IMG/VR virus record: IMGVR_UViG_3300035676_000001
DNA length: 64,000 nt
Direction: 5' to 3' (one strand)
Source of the DNA: a virus
Taxonomy: Duplodnaviria; Caudoviricetes
Each line of letters starts with the position of its first letter. The first letter of the stretch is position 1. Position numbers and translations under genes: made by a program. Positions 8,764-17,729 of the stretch are shown in pieces. Below the pieces are notes generated by a model. The model ran no database searches, was not told the DNA's origin, and saw only the letters and a list, made by a program, of their open reading frames with translations.

Positions 8764-8933
8764 TTGATTTGAATCGTATGTGTATATGATACAAAAGAAC
8801 CTCCCTTTTTGGGGGAGGTCATGTGCCGCTTTTTGAAGTGGCTCAGTCGTGCTTTTGCTTGTCGGAGTGCTTGCGGTTTCAGTTTCCGCTTCTGCTCCTT
8901 CTTAGAATGGTGGTAGCGGTTGGGGACTTGCAT
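8760..8933 (-). CDS. 57-aa basic hypothetical protein (not in ORF track)
   Basis: MQVPNRYHHSKKEQKRKLKPQALRQAKARLSHFKKRHMTSPKKGGSFVSYTHTIQIK. Has a TAATG overlap with gp46 and an ATGA overlap with the VWA gene. Confidence 0.6.
   Translation of the reverse strand: MQVPNRYHHSKKEQKRKLKPQALRQAKARLSHFKKRHMTSPKKGGSFVSYTHTIQIK
8786..8842 (-). promoter_or_regulatory. Two-box element + hairpin + -10 upstream of the VWA gene
   Basis: GCCACTT-CAAAA-AGCGGCACA, then 30 nt containing ACCTCCC/GGGAGGT and TTTT, then TATCAT. Confidence 0.7.
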
Positions 8934-10660
8934 TACTCTTGTGCTTGTGAGGACATCATACGCGAAAAACCTTTGACTTTCTCGAACCGTAGGACAGTTT
9001 CAAATTTGTCATGTAGGTCTGCCTTATGAGAAATCACAAAGATATTAGCATCCTTAATCACATAACGAATAATCTTAAGAAACTCATCAGTTCCAAATCC
9101 ATCAAGTGAAGAATCAAAGACCTCATCCATAATCAGCAGATTAGTATTGACGGAATTTTTGACTCTCGCAACTTCTCTCCAAGTGAAGAGTAGGGCAAGG
9201 TCGATTCTCATTTTTTCACCCTCACTAAAAGAACTATAAGAAAAGTCTTCGTGAATGGGTGATTTTACAGTTTCGTTGAACTCTTCATCAAGATGGAAGT
9301 TAATATAAAAATCCATCATCTGAAGATAACGATTCACCTGCTGATTTATGAACGGAAGATACTTCTTGATTATCTTCGTTTTTACGCCATCGTCCTTGAG
9401 TAAGGAGTAGGCAAAATCGTAATAAACGATTTCTTCTTTTTTCTTTGAAAGGTCTTCGAATGTTTTTTGGAGATTTTCCCGAAATTCTTCTAACTTTTCA
9501 TGTTCAGTATTTCGGTTTTCAAGTTGTTCGGTAATAGTTTGAATTTCAGATTCAAGGTCTCGAATTTGCCTCTGGTTGAGGGATATCCGAGTATTGTTTT
9601 GAGAAATCTCATGGTTGAGTTTCGTAATCTCCTTTGATAGAACTGTGAATTGACGCTCTCTCTCTTCCTCAAATTTTATAGTCTCCTCAAGTTCTTGAAA
9701 ACCTTTCTGGAGTTCCTTTGCCTTATTTTGAGCGTCTGCAATTCTATTTAACCGAAACTCATCTTCAATCGTTTGAGTGCAAGTAGGGCAGACCGTATTC
9801 TCTGTGAAAAACTTATGCTCTTTGGTAATCACAGATACTTTCTGCGATATTTTGCCCTTCAGATTGTTTAGCTTTCTCAACTTATCATCAGCACCAAGCA
9901 CTTCCTCTTGTTCTTTTGTGCGAGAAAAAACTTCTTCTTCAGTTCTACCACTCTGAGTCATATAAGCATCGACTTCTTTCATCAATTGGTCGATTTTATT
10001 CTTACGATTCTCAATATTTTCCTTACCACGATTTTCAAGTTCATCGATGAAGTTTTGCTGCATCTTCATCTTATCCTTGAGAGTTTCTTTACGAACATCA
10101 AGAGATTTCACTTGGTCTTTTTGGACACGAATCTTTTCTTTGATGAGAGAGTTCATCGCAGAGAAAATACGAATATCCAGAAGGTCCTCAATCACTTCTC
10201 TACGATGTGCCGTAGTCAGTTGCATAAAAGGTACAAATGTGCTAGAACCCAGAATCACAATCTGAGTAAAAGACTTGTAATTGACCTTGAGAATATTCTC
10301 TTCAAGAATGCGTTGATTTGCTCTGTCGTCTGCCTCCTTATGAAGGGGAACGCCATTCACTTCAATATCAAAAATATTTGGTTTGATACCACGACGAACC
10401 AAATAATCCCGACTATTCACCGAAAACTCAATTTCTACACAACAATCTTTTTCGTTGGTAGTATTTACAAGTTGAGGTTTGTTAATCTTCCTGAACGGTT
10501 TGTTGAAAAGAACAAAAGTAAGTGCATCCAGCATCGTGGATTTTCCAGCACCATTTGTTCCAATTACAAGATTGGTATGACTTTTTTGAAAATCAATCTC
10601 ACTCCACTGGTTCCCAGTTGAAAGAAAGTTTTTCCACTTAATTTTTTTGAAGGTTATCAT
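8933..10660 (-). CDS. gp46: Recombination endonuclease subunit gp46 (Rad50/SbcC-like)
   Basis: Walker A GTNGAGKST, coiled coil with CPTC zinc hook, FSEGEK signature, Walker B LLIMDEVFD. Confidence 0.97.
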   Translation of the reverse strand: MITFKKIKWKNFLSTGNQWSEIDFQKSHTNLVIGTNGAGKSTMLDALTFVLFNKPFRKINKPQLVNTTNEKDCCVEIEFSVNSRDYLVRRGIKPNIFDIEVNGVPLHKEADDRANQRILEENILKVNYKSFTQIVILGSSTFVPFMQLTTAHRREVIEDLLDIRIFSAMNSLIKEKIRVQKDQVKSLDVRKETLKDKMKMQQNFIDELENRGKENIENRKNKIDQLMKEVDAYMTQSGRTEEEVFSRTKEQEEVLGADDKLRKLNNLKGKISQKVSVITKEHKFFTENTVCPTCTQTIEDEFRLNRIADAQNKAKELQKGFQELEETIKFEEERERQFTVLSKEITKLNHEISQNNTRISLNQRQIRDLESEIQTITEQLENRNTEHEKLEEFRENLQKTFEDLSKKKEEIVYYDFAYSLLKDDGVKTKIIKKYLPFINQQVNRYLQMMDFYINFHLDEEFNETVKSPIHEDFSYSSFSEGEKMRIDLALLFTWREVARVKNSVNTNLLIMDEVFDSSLDGFGTDEFLKIIRYVIKDANIFVISHKADLHDKFETVLRFEKVKGFSRMMSSQAQE

Positions 10661-10919
10661 TCTTTGGAGGAATTACGATGTCGTCAGGGGTAATCACAGC
10701 ATACTTGTAATTATACAGCTTACAAGTCTTTATAGCAAGCTCGTCATCAACTTCTACAACTTCCATTTCTTTCTGGTAGTCTTCGTCGTCTTCGAGCATC
10801 AAAGCATATCTTACAGCATCATCTTCTTCCTCAAAAAGAAAAAGGACTTTTTCTCCGTATTGGTCTTGAACGGCATAAGCACCGTCATCTTTCCTATCTT
10901 TAAGAGTGAGAAGATACAT
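10638..10919 (-). CDS. DUF3110-like hypothetical protein
   Basis: VLFLFEEEDDAVRYALML...VITPDDIVIPP resembles the cyanobacterial DUF3110 family. Confidence 0.55.
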   Translation of the reverse strand: MYLLTLKDRKDDGAYAVQDQYGEKVLFLFEEEDDAVRYALMLEDDEDYQKEMEVVEVDDELAIKTCKLYNYKYAVITPDDIVIPPKNDNLQKN

Positions 10920-11956
10920 TACTCAACTTCGCAAGCTTGTTTGTATAGGTCTTGAAATATTCCTTTGATGATATTCTTATCAAATCCAAATTCGGATTCA
11001 TCAATATAACGATTCAGAATTGAAATAGTATTCTCTTCCTCATCAACTTCAAACTCTTCACTTTCTTGAATTTCAAAGTTCTCAATAATCTTGAGTTCTT
11101 GAACACCTGCAGTATAAAGTTTATCAATGAACTTTTCAAAATCTTTTGGTTTGGTTTTTTTACGAACGATTACCTTAACGATTTTGTTTTCATATTCAGT
11201 TGCATTAAAGAGTTTGTAATTGGTATCCTCATAATAAAGATTATAGAACAATTTATAAGGATTATTAACTGGAGTATGAGTAAGAGTTTCAGTATCAAAG
11301 ATATGAAATCCACGAGTATCATTCACATCATTCCAATACATCTCATAAGCATTTCCTAAGTAATAAATCTTACCATTATCGGAACGAGTATGATAGTGTC
11401 CAGAAAATACTTTTGTAAATTTATCAAAAATATTTGCATCCATTCCATGCTCTTCCATAATCAGATTACGATTCACACGAAAACCTTTAAGTTCTAAGTG
11501 TCCCATCGCAATCTTTGCTTTGGACTTCTTGATTTGATTGAGAGTTTCATCATAGTTCTCACTACAAATCCAGGGCACCATCATAATATCCAGACCACCA
11601 ACTTTAATGGTTTGTGGAGAGCTATAAGTCCGAATATTAGGATAGGTCTGAAGAAGCAGACTTGGAGAATTGACGCTATTGGTATTCTTATAGTAACAAT
11701 CGTGATTACCAATAATCATATGAACCTCATAGTTTCTCATAGGTTCAAATACAACTCTCTTTGCCCATTCCAGACTTTGATAATCAATTGACTTACGACT
11801 ATCAAAAGCATCACCCATATGAATGACTGCTTCTACCCCGTGCTCTTCAAGGGCAGGAAAGAAGACATTCTTATAGAAGAGTTCAAAGTGGTCGTGGAGA
11901 TACTTGGAACCCTTCCTTGCCCCATAGTGAGTGTCTGTGATAATGGCAACTTTCAT
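10919..11956 (-). CDS. gp47: Recombination endonuclease subunit gp47 (Mre11/SbcD-like)
   Basis: Metallophosphoesterase motifs TDTHYG, GDAFD, GNHD and SGHYH. Confidence 0.97.
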   Translation of the reverse strand: MKVAIITDTHYGARKGSKYLHDHFELFYKNVFFPALEEHGVEAVIHMGDAFDSRKSIDYQSLEWAKRVVFEPMRNYEVHMIIGNHDCYYKNTNSVNSPSLLLQTYPNIRTYSSPQTIKVGGLDIMMVPWICSENYDETLNQIKKSKAKIAMGHLELKGFRVNRNLIMEEHGMDANIFDKFTKVFSGHYHTRSDNGKIYYLGNAYEMYWNDVNDTRGFHIFDTETLTHTPVNNPYKLFYNLYYEDTNYKLFNATEYENKIVKVIVRKKTKPKDFEKFIDKLYTAGVQELKIIENFEIQESEEFEVDEEENTISILNRYIDESEFGFDKNIIKGIFQDLYKQACEVE

Positions 11957-12429
11957 CGGTTACTGCGATACTGGATATTGTCCTTCATCGTATTATAGTC
12001 CGAACTGCTGCCTGAAAGCAAGCTATCGTCAATCATCATTACCTCATCAAACCCAGTGCGTTCGATAATCTTTGTCTTAATTTCTAATTGCTTTTTCTCC
12101 TTCTGAATACGGCGGAGAAATGCATAGTGAATAATTTGTGTAAAATAAGCAAAAGGATTTTGAGACTTCTCTGGATTGAAATTATGAATGTACTGCACAC
12201 AATTTTCAATACCATCAGAAATCATATCCTCACGGAACATATAATTCACAAAGTTTGGTTTATATGATAAATGAGTCGCAATCTTCAGAAAACACTCTCC
12301 CAAGTAATTTGTAATACGCGGTTTAGGAAGACCTGCTTCTTTAGCGGCAGCAACCTTAGTACGATATACAATTAGTGCTTCTAATAATTCTTTGTTATTT
12401 ACATAGTGTTCTGATTTCTTCTTGGGCAT
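11953..12429 (-). CDS. gp55: Late transcription sigma factor gp55
   Basis: HYVNNKE...YMFREDMISDGIENC...NPFAYFTQIIHYAFLRRIQKEKKQ. Confidence 0.96.
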   Translation of the reverse strand: MPKKKSEHYVNNKELLEALIVYRTKVAAAKEAGLPKPRITNYLGECFLKIATHLSYKPNFVNYMFREDMISDGIENCVQYIHNFNPEKSQNPFAYFTQIIHYAFLRRIQKEKKQLEIKTKIIERTGFDEVMMIDDSLLSGSSSDYNTMKDNIQYRSNR

Positions 12430-12461
12430 AGCATCGGACTCATTAAATATATGATTTACTT

Positions 12462-12490
12462 ATTATACCATACATTCGGGGGCTTGACAA
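12462..12490 (-). promoter_or_regulatory. Sigma70-type promoter of gene 55
   Basis: Minus strand TTGTCA-17 nt-TATAAT with a TGG extended -10. Confidence 0.75.
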
Positions 12491-12512
12491 GATATGAAAA
12501 TATGTGTAGACT
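12484..12512 (+). promoter_or_regulatory. Candidate antisense sigma70-type promoter sharing the -35 region with the gene 55 promoter
   Basis: Plus strand TTGACA-17 nt-TAGACT. Confidence 0.5.
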
Positions 12513-12538
12513 AGGTTTGTCTCCGTTGAAGATAAAAA

Positions 12539-12952
12539 CTAGCTTTCTTTAAGACCTTTAAAGAGCTCTTCAAGTCTCTTACGAGCATCTTTTACTGAAG
12601 AGATATATCCCATCTTTTCAGAAGGTTTAACGGCACCACCACCAGGTTTATATACTTCTATTGAATCATCATCCTCAGAGAGATATTGATTATAAAGTTC
12701 TATAACTCTTTCATCTCTAGATTCAGTCATAGTAATAACTTTATCAAGTTTGATTAAAAAGATATCATCACTTGCTATTTCCATCCAAGGTTTAATCTTC
12801 ACATAAGATGTTGGACCATTGTGAAGCACCTTCATTACAACAGGATTTTGTAGCACTATAATAGGATCTCCATCATTCTCATCTATAGATACTAGAGAGA
12901 ATATTTCTTCACCTGATGTAAGTTTTATAATAGAGTAAAATTCGTCTCCCAT
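12539..12952 (-). CDS. Conserved hypothetical protein, possible Sm-like fold
   Basis: IIKLTSGEEIFS...LQNPV...KPWM pattern. Occupies the usual position between uvsW and gp55. Confidence 0.55.
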   Translation of the reverse strand: MGDEFYSIIKLTSGEEIFSLVSIDENDGDPIIVLQNPVVMKVLHNGPTSYVKIKPWMEIASDDIFLIKLDKVITMTESRDERVIELYNQYLSEDDDSIEVYKPGGGAVKPSEKMGYISSVKDARKRLEELFKGLKES

Positions 12953-14415
12953 TAGTTTTTAAGAGGTATGTTTACAATATCGTAGTTAAAGTTTTCTTCA
13001 TTATAAATTTTAATTCTTTCTATTAAGTGATTGAGTGTATAATTCTTTCTTGATTTATAACTAATATCATCGGCAATATCATATAAAGTTGCTTTTACTT
13101 TACTTTCCCCTTTCCTAAGAACTCTTCCGATAGATTGGAGATTTCTAATTCTCGATTTCGATGGTGACGCAAACACAACATTATGTAAGTTGCGAATATT
13201 GATACCGGTAGAAAAAGTTCCATAGGATGCTACGATAATTGCGTTATTTTCTTTCTCTGTTATTTCACGAACCTTTTCTCGTTCTTCAGTATCCACTCCA
13301 CCGTGAACAAAGAATACATGACGGTTATCATGCTTGCTACTATTTATGAGTTCGTATAAAGGTTGTCCGTGACCTTCTACTCTACTGAAAAGAATTAAAG
13401 TATTTCCTTTTAAGTCAAGAGCAAGATTACGAATAAATTTGTTTCTTCTTTCGTGTCCGATAATATACTGAACCTCATCTTCAAAAGTCTCAAACTTATT
13501 CGGTGGGTGTTTCAATAGAAGAATGTTGATATCCAGTTTTGCAAGATGACCTTTTTGCATCAGTTCATCCGTCTTGATAATCTTGTAAGAAGGACCAAAT
13601 AATCCTTCTAGAACCCACTTGTGAGTTTGGCTACCATCTAGTGTTCCAGTAAATCCAAAGCGATATTTTGCATCACAGAGTTTTGTCATTATAGATATTA
13701 ATGACTTGGATTTAAACTGGTGTGCCTCATCTCCAACGACTACATTAAATCTTGCAAAATACTGCTTAGGCAATTTGTAAATACTTTGCCATGTAGTAAT
13801 AATGACTTGGGAATTGGTTTCCCTCTCCTTTCCCGCATAGATTTTGTGACAGTATGAACCAACATCCCACCCGTAATCTGCAAAATCTTTATACATTTGT
13901 TCTACAAGGGAAGTCGTTGGGACAACTATCAGAATATTTTGCTGCTTCTCAACATAATATCTCACAACAGAATATATCATTAATGACTTTCCAGAAGCAG
14001 TTGGAGATATCAATAACTTTCGATTATGTCGCAAAGCGTCGTATACTCCCTCAACTTGGTAATCGCGTGGGGCGTGCCTACTGATAGCAGTCATATAATC
14101 TTTCACACCTTCTCTTGAGATGTTCTCATTTACCTCAAAAGGTAATCCATAGAATTTATTATTTCTAAATTCGTATGTATAGTTGTGATCTTCACAAAAT
14201 TTGATAATTCTATCTAAGAGTCCAATGTAAATCTCACCTGTTTGTGTAGAGAACAGGCGAATTTTTCCGTCCCAGTATTTGTTGCGAAACTGGGGGCTGA
14301 ATTTTGCATTTGGAACATCAAAAGTAAATTGGTCTTGAAGTTCATAATATACATGAGGTTCTGCTTGAACGTGGAGATAGACCTCATTCTTTTTTGATAT
14401 TACCAAATGAGACAT
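12952..14415 (-). CDS. uvsW: UvsW SF2 helicase
   Basis: PRDYQ, SPTASGKS, GDEAH, TGT, STGINI and QSIGRVLR. Confidence 0.97.
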   Translation of the reverse strand: MSHLVISKKNEVYLHVQAEPHVYYELQDQFTFDVPNAKFSPQFRNKYWDGKIRLFSTQTGEIYIGLLDRIIKFCEDHNYTYEFRNNKFYGLPFEVNENISREGVKDYMTAISRHAPRDYQVEGVYDALRHNRKLLISPTASGKSLMIYSVVRYYVEKQQNILIVVPTTSLVEQMYKDFADYGWDVGSYCHKIYAGKERETNSQVIITTWQSIYKLPKQYFARFNVVVGDEAHQFKSKSLISIMTKLCDAKYRFGFTGTLDGSQTHKWVLEGLFGPSYKIIKTDELMQKGHLAKLDINILLLKHPPNKFETFEDEVQYIIGHERRNKFIRNLALDLKGNTLILFSRVEGHGQPLYELINSSKHDNRHVFFVHGGVDTEEREKVREITEKENNAIIVASYGTFSTGINIRNLHNVVFASPSKSRIRNLQSIGRVLRKGESKVKATLYDIADDISYKSRKNYTLNHLIERIKIYNEENFNYDIVNIPLKN

Positions 14416-14437
14416 TCATAAAATATCAGTTACAAAT

Positions 14438-14443
14438 ATTTAT
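14438..14443 (-). promoter_or_regulatory. Late promoter (TAAATA) upstream of uvsW
   Basis: ATAAATA on the minus strand in the intergenic gap, matching the T4-type gp55 promoter. Confidence 0.6.
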
Positions 14444-14448
14444 TGATA

Positions 14449-14472
14449 ATAAAAAAGAGGCATTCCTGCCTC
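14449..14472 (-). terminator. Rho-independent terminator after the basic protein gene
   Basis: GAGGCA-GGAA-TGCCTC followed by a T run. Confidence 0.7.
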
Positions 14473-15193
14473 AATTTGCCAATTTTATCCCAGATATTCC
14501 GAATGATGGTCCTTCCCCAGGAGTGAATTTTTTCTTGTTTGATGATGAACCAACATTTGGAAGTGAGCTGCTACCTCCAGGTACTTTCGCAGTTTGATAT
14601 CCAGTTCTTTGATTAATTGGACTCATTCCCGCTCTAGAGTAAATAGCACCTCTTTTGGCAGCACCTTCTGCATCACTTCTTGCTCTTTGTCCAGATGCTG
14701 CAATATTTGAGGGTTTATTTACTACAATATCACCTTGTTTTGCTCCAGCATCAATTGCTTTCTGCTTCACGCCCTTAATTGCTGATAAGAATGCTCTGGC
14801 TTTTTGTGATGGGGATAGTTTGGACTTTGCCTTTCCTAAGGTTACATCGTGGACTGCACCCTTTATACCTTGTAATTGTTGTTTTAATCCTTTTACAGTT
14901 GAACGTACATTTTTTTCACCCTCTTTATACGCATTTTTAGCCACATTAGCGGCAAATGCTGATGGACTTGAGTGAGTTCTAATATATGTTGGCACATCAG
15001 GTCCATTCTTCATTTTCCAATCGGTTGCAACCTTTGGATTTTGTACTGGTCCTCTTCCTCTAAATCCTGCAATTGCCACATCTTTTCTCGCAGCACCTTC
15101 AGTTCCCGGAATGGGCATTGTTCCAGATTTGCGCGATGCTGATATTTGACGTAGTTCTCTTGCTTCTTCTAAGAATTCTTTGAAAGTTTTCAT
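14471..15193 (-). CDS. Lys/Arg-rich protein with a T4 internal-protein-like N-terminus
   Basis: Starts MKTFKEFLEEA. Has its own TAAATA promoter at 15209-15214 and its own terminator. Confidence 0.6.
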   Translation of the reverse strand: MKTFKEFLEEARELRQISASRKSGTMPIPGTEGAARKDVAIAGFRGRGPVQNPKVATDWKMKNGPDVPTYIRTHSSPSAFAANVAKNAYKEGEKNVRSTVKGLKQQLQGIKGAVHDVTLGKAKSKLSPSQKARAFLSAIKGVKQKAIDAGAKQGDIVVNKPSNIAASGQRARSDAEGAAKRGAIYSRAGMSPINQRTGYQTAKVPGGSSSLPNVGSSSNKKKFTPGEGPSFGISGIKLAN

Positions 15194-15211
15194 TCAACTT
15201 TTTATTTTTAT

Positions 15212-15643
15212 TTAGTTAAATCCTGATTGGAAACGATGCCATTCAATTGCATTCTTAATTTGATATGTTCTGTTGGAAATTGTTTTAATGACTTCTTCAA
15301 GAAACTTGAGCATAATATCGTAGTATCTGATTTTAAGTTCTACTTTTGATAGTTTCTCATCGGCAGACATATATCTTTCAATAGCATCCTTTTCTCTTAC
15401 CTTATAGGGAAATGGTTCTTCAGCATAAACTTCTAATGGTGCCTTTCCAGTGTAATAATTATAACGCTCCAAACGAATCCGATTATGCATCTCTCTTGCT
15501 TTTTCACGAAGAAGAGTAATCGTATTATAGATGGTATAATATTTTGAATGAAGTTGTGGAATTTTTAAAGATTCATCGTGTAAGTTGTCAGGATCAATAA
15601 CAGAATCTCTCTGCCACATTTCCTGAATTTCATCAAGATTCAT
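15212..15643 (-). CDS. uvsY: UvsY recombination mediator
   Basis: ESLKIPQLHSKY...YYTGKA...RTYQIKNAIEW. Confidence 0.92.
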   Translation of the reverse strand: MNLDEIQEMWQRDSVIDPDNLHDESLKIPQLHSKYYTIYNTITLLREKAREMHNRIRLERYNYYTGKAPLEVYAEEPFPYKVREKDAIERYMSADEKLSKVELKIRYYDIMLKFLEEVIKTISNRTYQIKNAIEWHRFQSGFN

Positions 15644-16206
15644 GTACTTGTAAATGGATAAAGTGGTTTGCCGTCTGTACCTAGTATATCATAAATGGTG
15701 TACTTGAAAGCCACCTCTGCCGTAAAATAATTAATATCCGTAACTGTTGAATCAAAATCCAATGAGGTTAGGGATACTGGGAAAAGATTTTTAAATTTTA
15801 CAACTGCTGTTGAACCATAATTACTATTTAAAACATAAAGAGATCCATCACTATATGCTCTATCATAATCCACAGTTCCATTCGCATCTCTAATTAAATC
15901 TCTATATTCCTCAAGACTTCCTGAACCACCAAAGGCGGTAATCCAGTTGTGAATCGCCATATAGTTCTCTAAATTTTCATCAACAAGAAATCTTAAGTTC
16001 AAATCTCCAAAGGTCATTTTTCCACCAGGTTGTGGAATATCATTTAGATAATCTGGTTGAATTAATGTATTAAGAGTTATTTCTGGTATCTTAGCAGAAT
16101 TGCAAAAGAAAGCAACCTTTGGATACTTTGCTAAAGTGAATTTGAATCCAGTCGGAGATAAAAAATTGCGATTGGATATTTGATTAGCAAGGGCATTTGT
16201 TGCCAT
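15640..16206 (-). CDS. gp3: Tail tube terminator / completion protein gp3
   Basis: NRNFLSPTGFKF...LRFLVDENLENY...FKNLFPVSL. Follows gp23. Confidence 0.85.
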   Translation of the reverse strand: MATNALANQISNRNFLSPTGFKFTLAKYPKVAFFCNSAKIPEITLNTLIQPDYLNDIPQPGGKMTFGDLNLRFLVDENLENYMAIHNWITAFGGSGSLEEYRDLIRDANGTVDYDRAYSDGSLYVLNSNYGSTAVVKFKNLFPVSLTSLDFDSTVTDINYFTAEVAFKYTIYDILGTDGKPLYPFTST

Positions 16207-16228
16207 AATGTTTTATTTGTATTTAGAT

Positions 16229-16257
16229 AAAAAAAAGAGGGTCCCGAAGGACCCTCT
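16229..16257 (-). terminator. gp23 terminator with C(UUCG)G tetraloop
   Basis: AGAGGGTCC-TTCG-GGACCCTCT followed by a T run. A TAAATA late promoter for gp3 follows at 16220-16225. Confidence 0.9.
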
Positions 16258-16275
16258 AGAGGAATGTGAACTAAC

Positions 16276-17676
16276 TCACATAAGATTAGTAACCTTGACT
16301 CTTCTGTAGTAAACGTTAGAGTTGGTTGAGATGATACCAGGATCGCTGGTTGTAGCACCCTTAGCGAATGGGTTGGCGACCAGACCATATCTGGTCTTAA
16401 AGCCAATCTTAGGCTGGAAGGTTTGCTCACCAACGGCACGAACCATCTGGAGGGGAACGTATGGGCAGTAGAAGAGACCTGCATCATAAGGATTAGCACC
16501 CTTATATCCAACAACGTAGTACTGGTTAGCAGCAACGTTTGCCGAATATGGGTCGATGTAGACTCTAAACTTGCCTTGGAGAACACCAGCGAAGGTGTTA
16601 CCAGTGTCGTCAACGTTCAGGTTAGCGTTGAGTGCAGGGGTGTAATCGAGAACACCAGCCATTGCAAGTGCTGAAGCAACGTCAGCAGAGCAAACGATGG
16701 TGTTGCCCTTTCCTCTACGAGTTTGCTGTGCAATTGCGTTTGCATCGCGCTCGATTTGGAAGATAAGACCCTTGAACTTCTCAACTGACCAACGACCGTT
16801 GGAGTCAACGTCGAGGTCAAAAGTACCAGCGGTAGCAGTGTTTGTCTGAGCACCAGGAACAGCACTCTTATAGATGGTACGGATAACTTCGCGGTTGATT
16901 TCAGCGAGGATCTCGGTGCTGAGGATGTTAGCAAGCTCAGCTTCAGCGTTCAGACCGTGGATTGCCTTGAGGTCTTGAGCGAGTTCTAATGAGTACTCAG
17001 CTTTCAGAGCTCTTGACTTAGCGGTAACGGTAACCTTTTCAATCGAGAATGCCATCTCGTTGAAGTAGTTGGTGTTGCCGTCGCCAAGTGCTTCAGCATT
17101 ACCAGTGGTCATCCCTTCGCCAACGTTGTACTGGTTAGCACCAGTTGCAGCGTTGGTGGTTTGATCGGTTGGGCTGAGGATTGAAGGATTGGTTCCACCC
17201 TGAGCGGTAGTACCAAGACCAACAGAACCATCGATGAAACCTGCAGTCAGGTTACGGCTGTTGTTCTGACCAGAGAATGCAGAATCTACTTCGTTGTAGA
17301 AGGTTTCTGCACCAGACTGGTTGGTGTAACGTGAACGCATTGCGAAGATGAGTCCAGTAGGACCGTTCATTGGTTGAACGCCACAAATATCGTAGGCGAT
17401 CAGGTTAGGCATCGAACGACGGATCAGTGAGATCAGTACGGGGTCGAAACCTGCGGTAGGTGAAGAAGCACTACCACCAAAACCACCGGTTCCAGCCGAG
17501 TTGGTTGGTGAAGCTTCGTAAAGGAATTCACGCTCTTCGCGGATTGAATTCTCTTGGTTCTCTAACAGGATTGCGGTTACTGCTCTACGATGAGAATCTT
17601 TGATTGGATCAAGACCTTCATAGTCGAGGAGTGGTGCCCACTTCTCCTGCAGATGTTCTGCATTGAACATTTGCAT
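16276..17676 (-). CDS. gp23: Major capsid protein gp23
   Basis: KWAPLLD, FDPVLISLIRRSMP, GVQPMNGPTGLIFAMRSRY, KSRALKAEYSLELAQDLKAIHG and FQPKIGFKTRYG. Confidence 0.99.
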   Translation of the reverse strand: MQMFNAEHLQEKWAPLLDYEGLDPIKDSHRRAVTAILLENQENSIREEREFLYEASPTNSAGTGGFGGSASSPTAGFDPVLISLIRRSMPNLIAYDICGVQPMNGPTGLIFAMRSRYTNQSGAETFYNEVDSAFSGQNNSRNLTAGFIDGSVGLGTTAQGGTNPSILSPTDQTTNAATGANQYNVGEGMTTGNAEALGDGNTNYFNEMAFSIEKVTVTAKSRALKAEYSLELAQDLKAIHGLNAEAELANILSTEILAEINREVIRTIYKSAVPGAQTNTATAGTFDLDVDSNGRWSVEKFKGLIFQIERDANAIAQQTRRGKGNTIVCSADVASALAMAGVLDYTPALNANLNVDDTGNTFAGVLQGKFRVYIDPYSANVAANQYYVVGYKGANPYDAGLFYCPYVPLQMVRAVGEQTFQPKIGFKTRYGLVANPFAKGATTSDPGIISTNSNVYYRRVKVTNLM

Positions 17677-17729
17677 TGGTTTTTACCTCTTTTTTTAAAA
17701 CGTGTTAGTTTGACTGTATGATTTAAAAA

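Noticed and set aside
3093-10621. Other long plus-strand ORFs (3093-3980, 4384-4926, 8053-8772, 9908-10621)
   Set aside because: All lie opposite well-supported minus-strand genes and give unnatural sequence. The same applies to the plus-strand ORFs across the virion block.
16131-16934. Alternative-frame minus-strand ORFs inside gp23 and gp3
   Set aside because: Out-of-frame overlaps with a highly conserved capsid gene. The Leu/Ser/Thr-rich composition is typical of frame-shifted readings.
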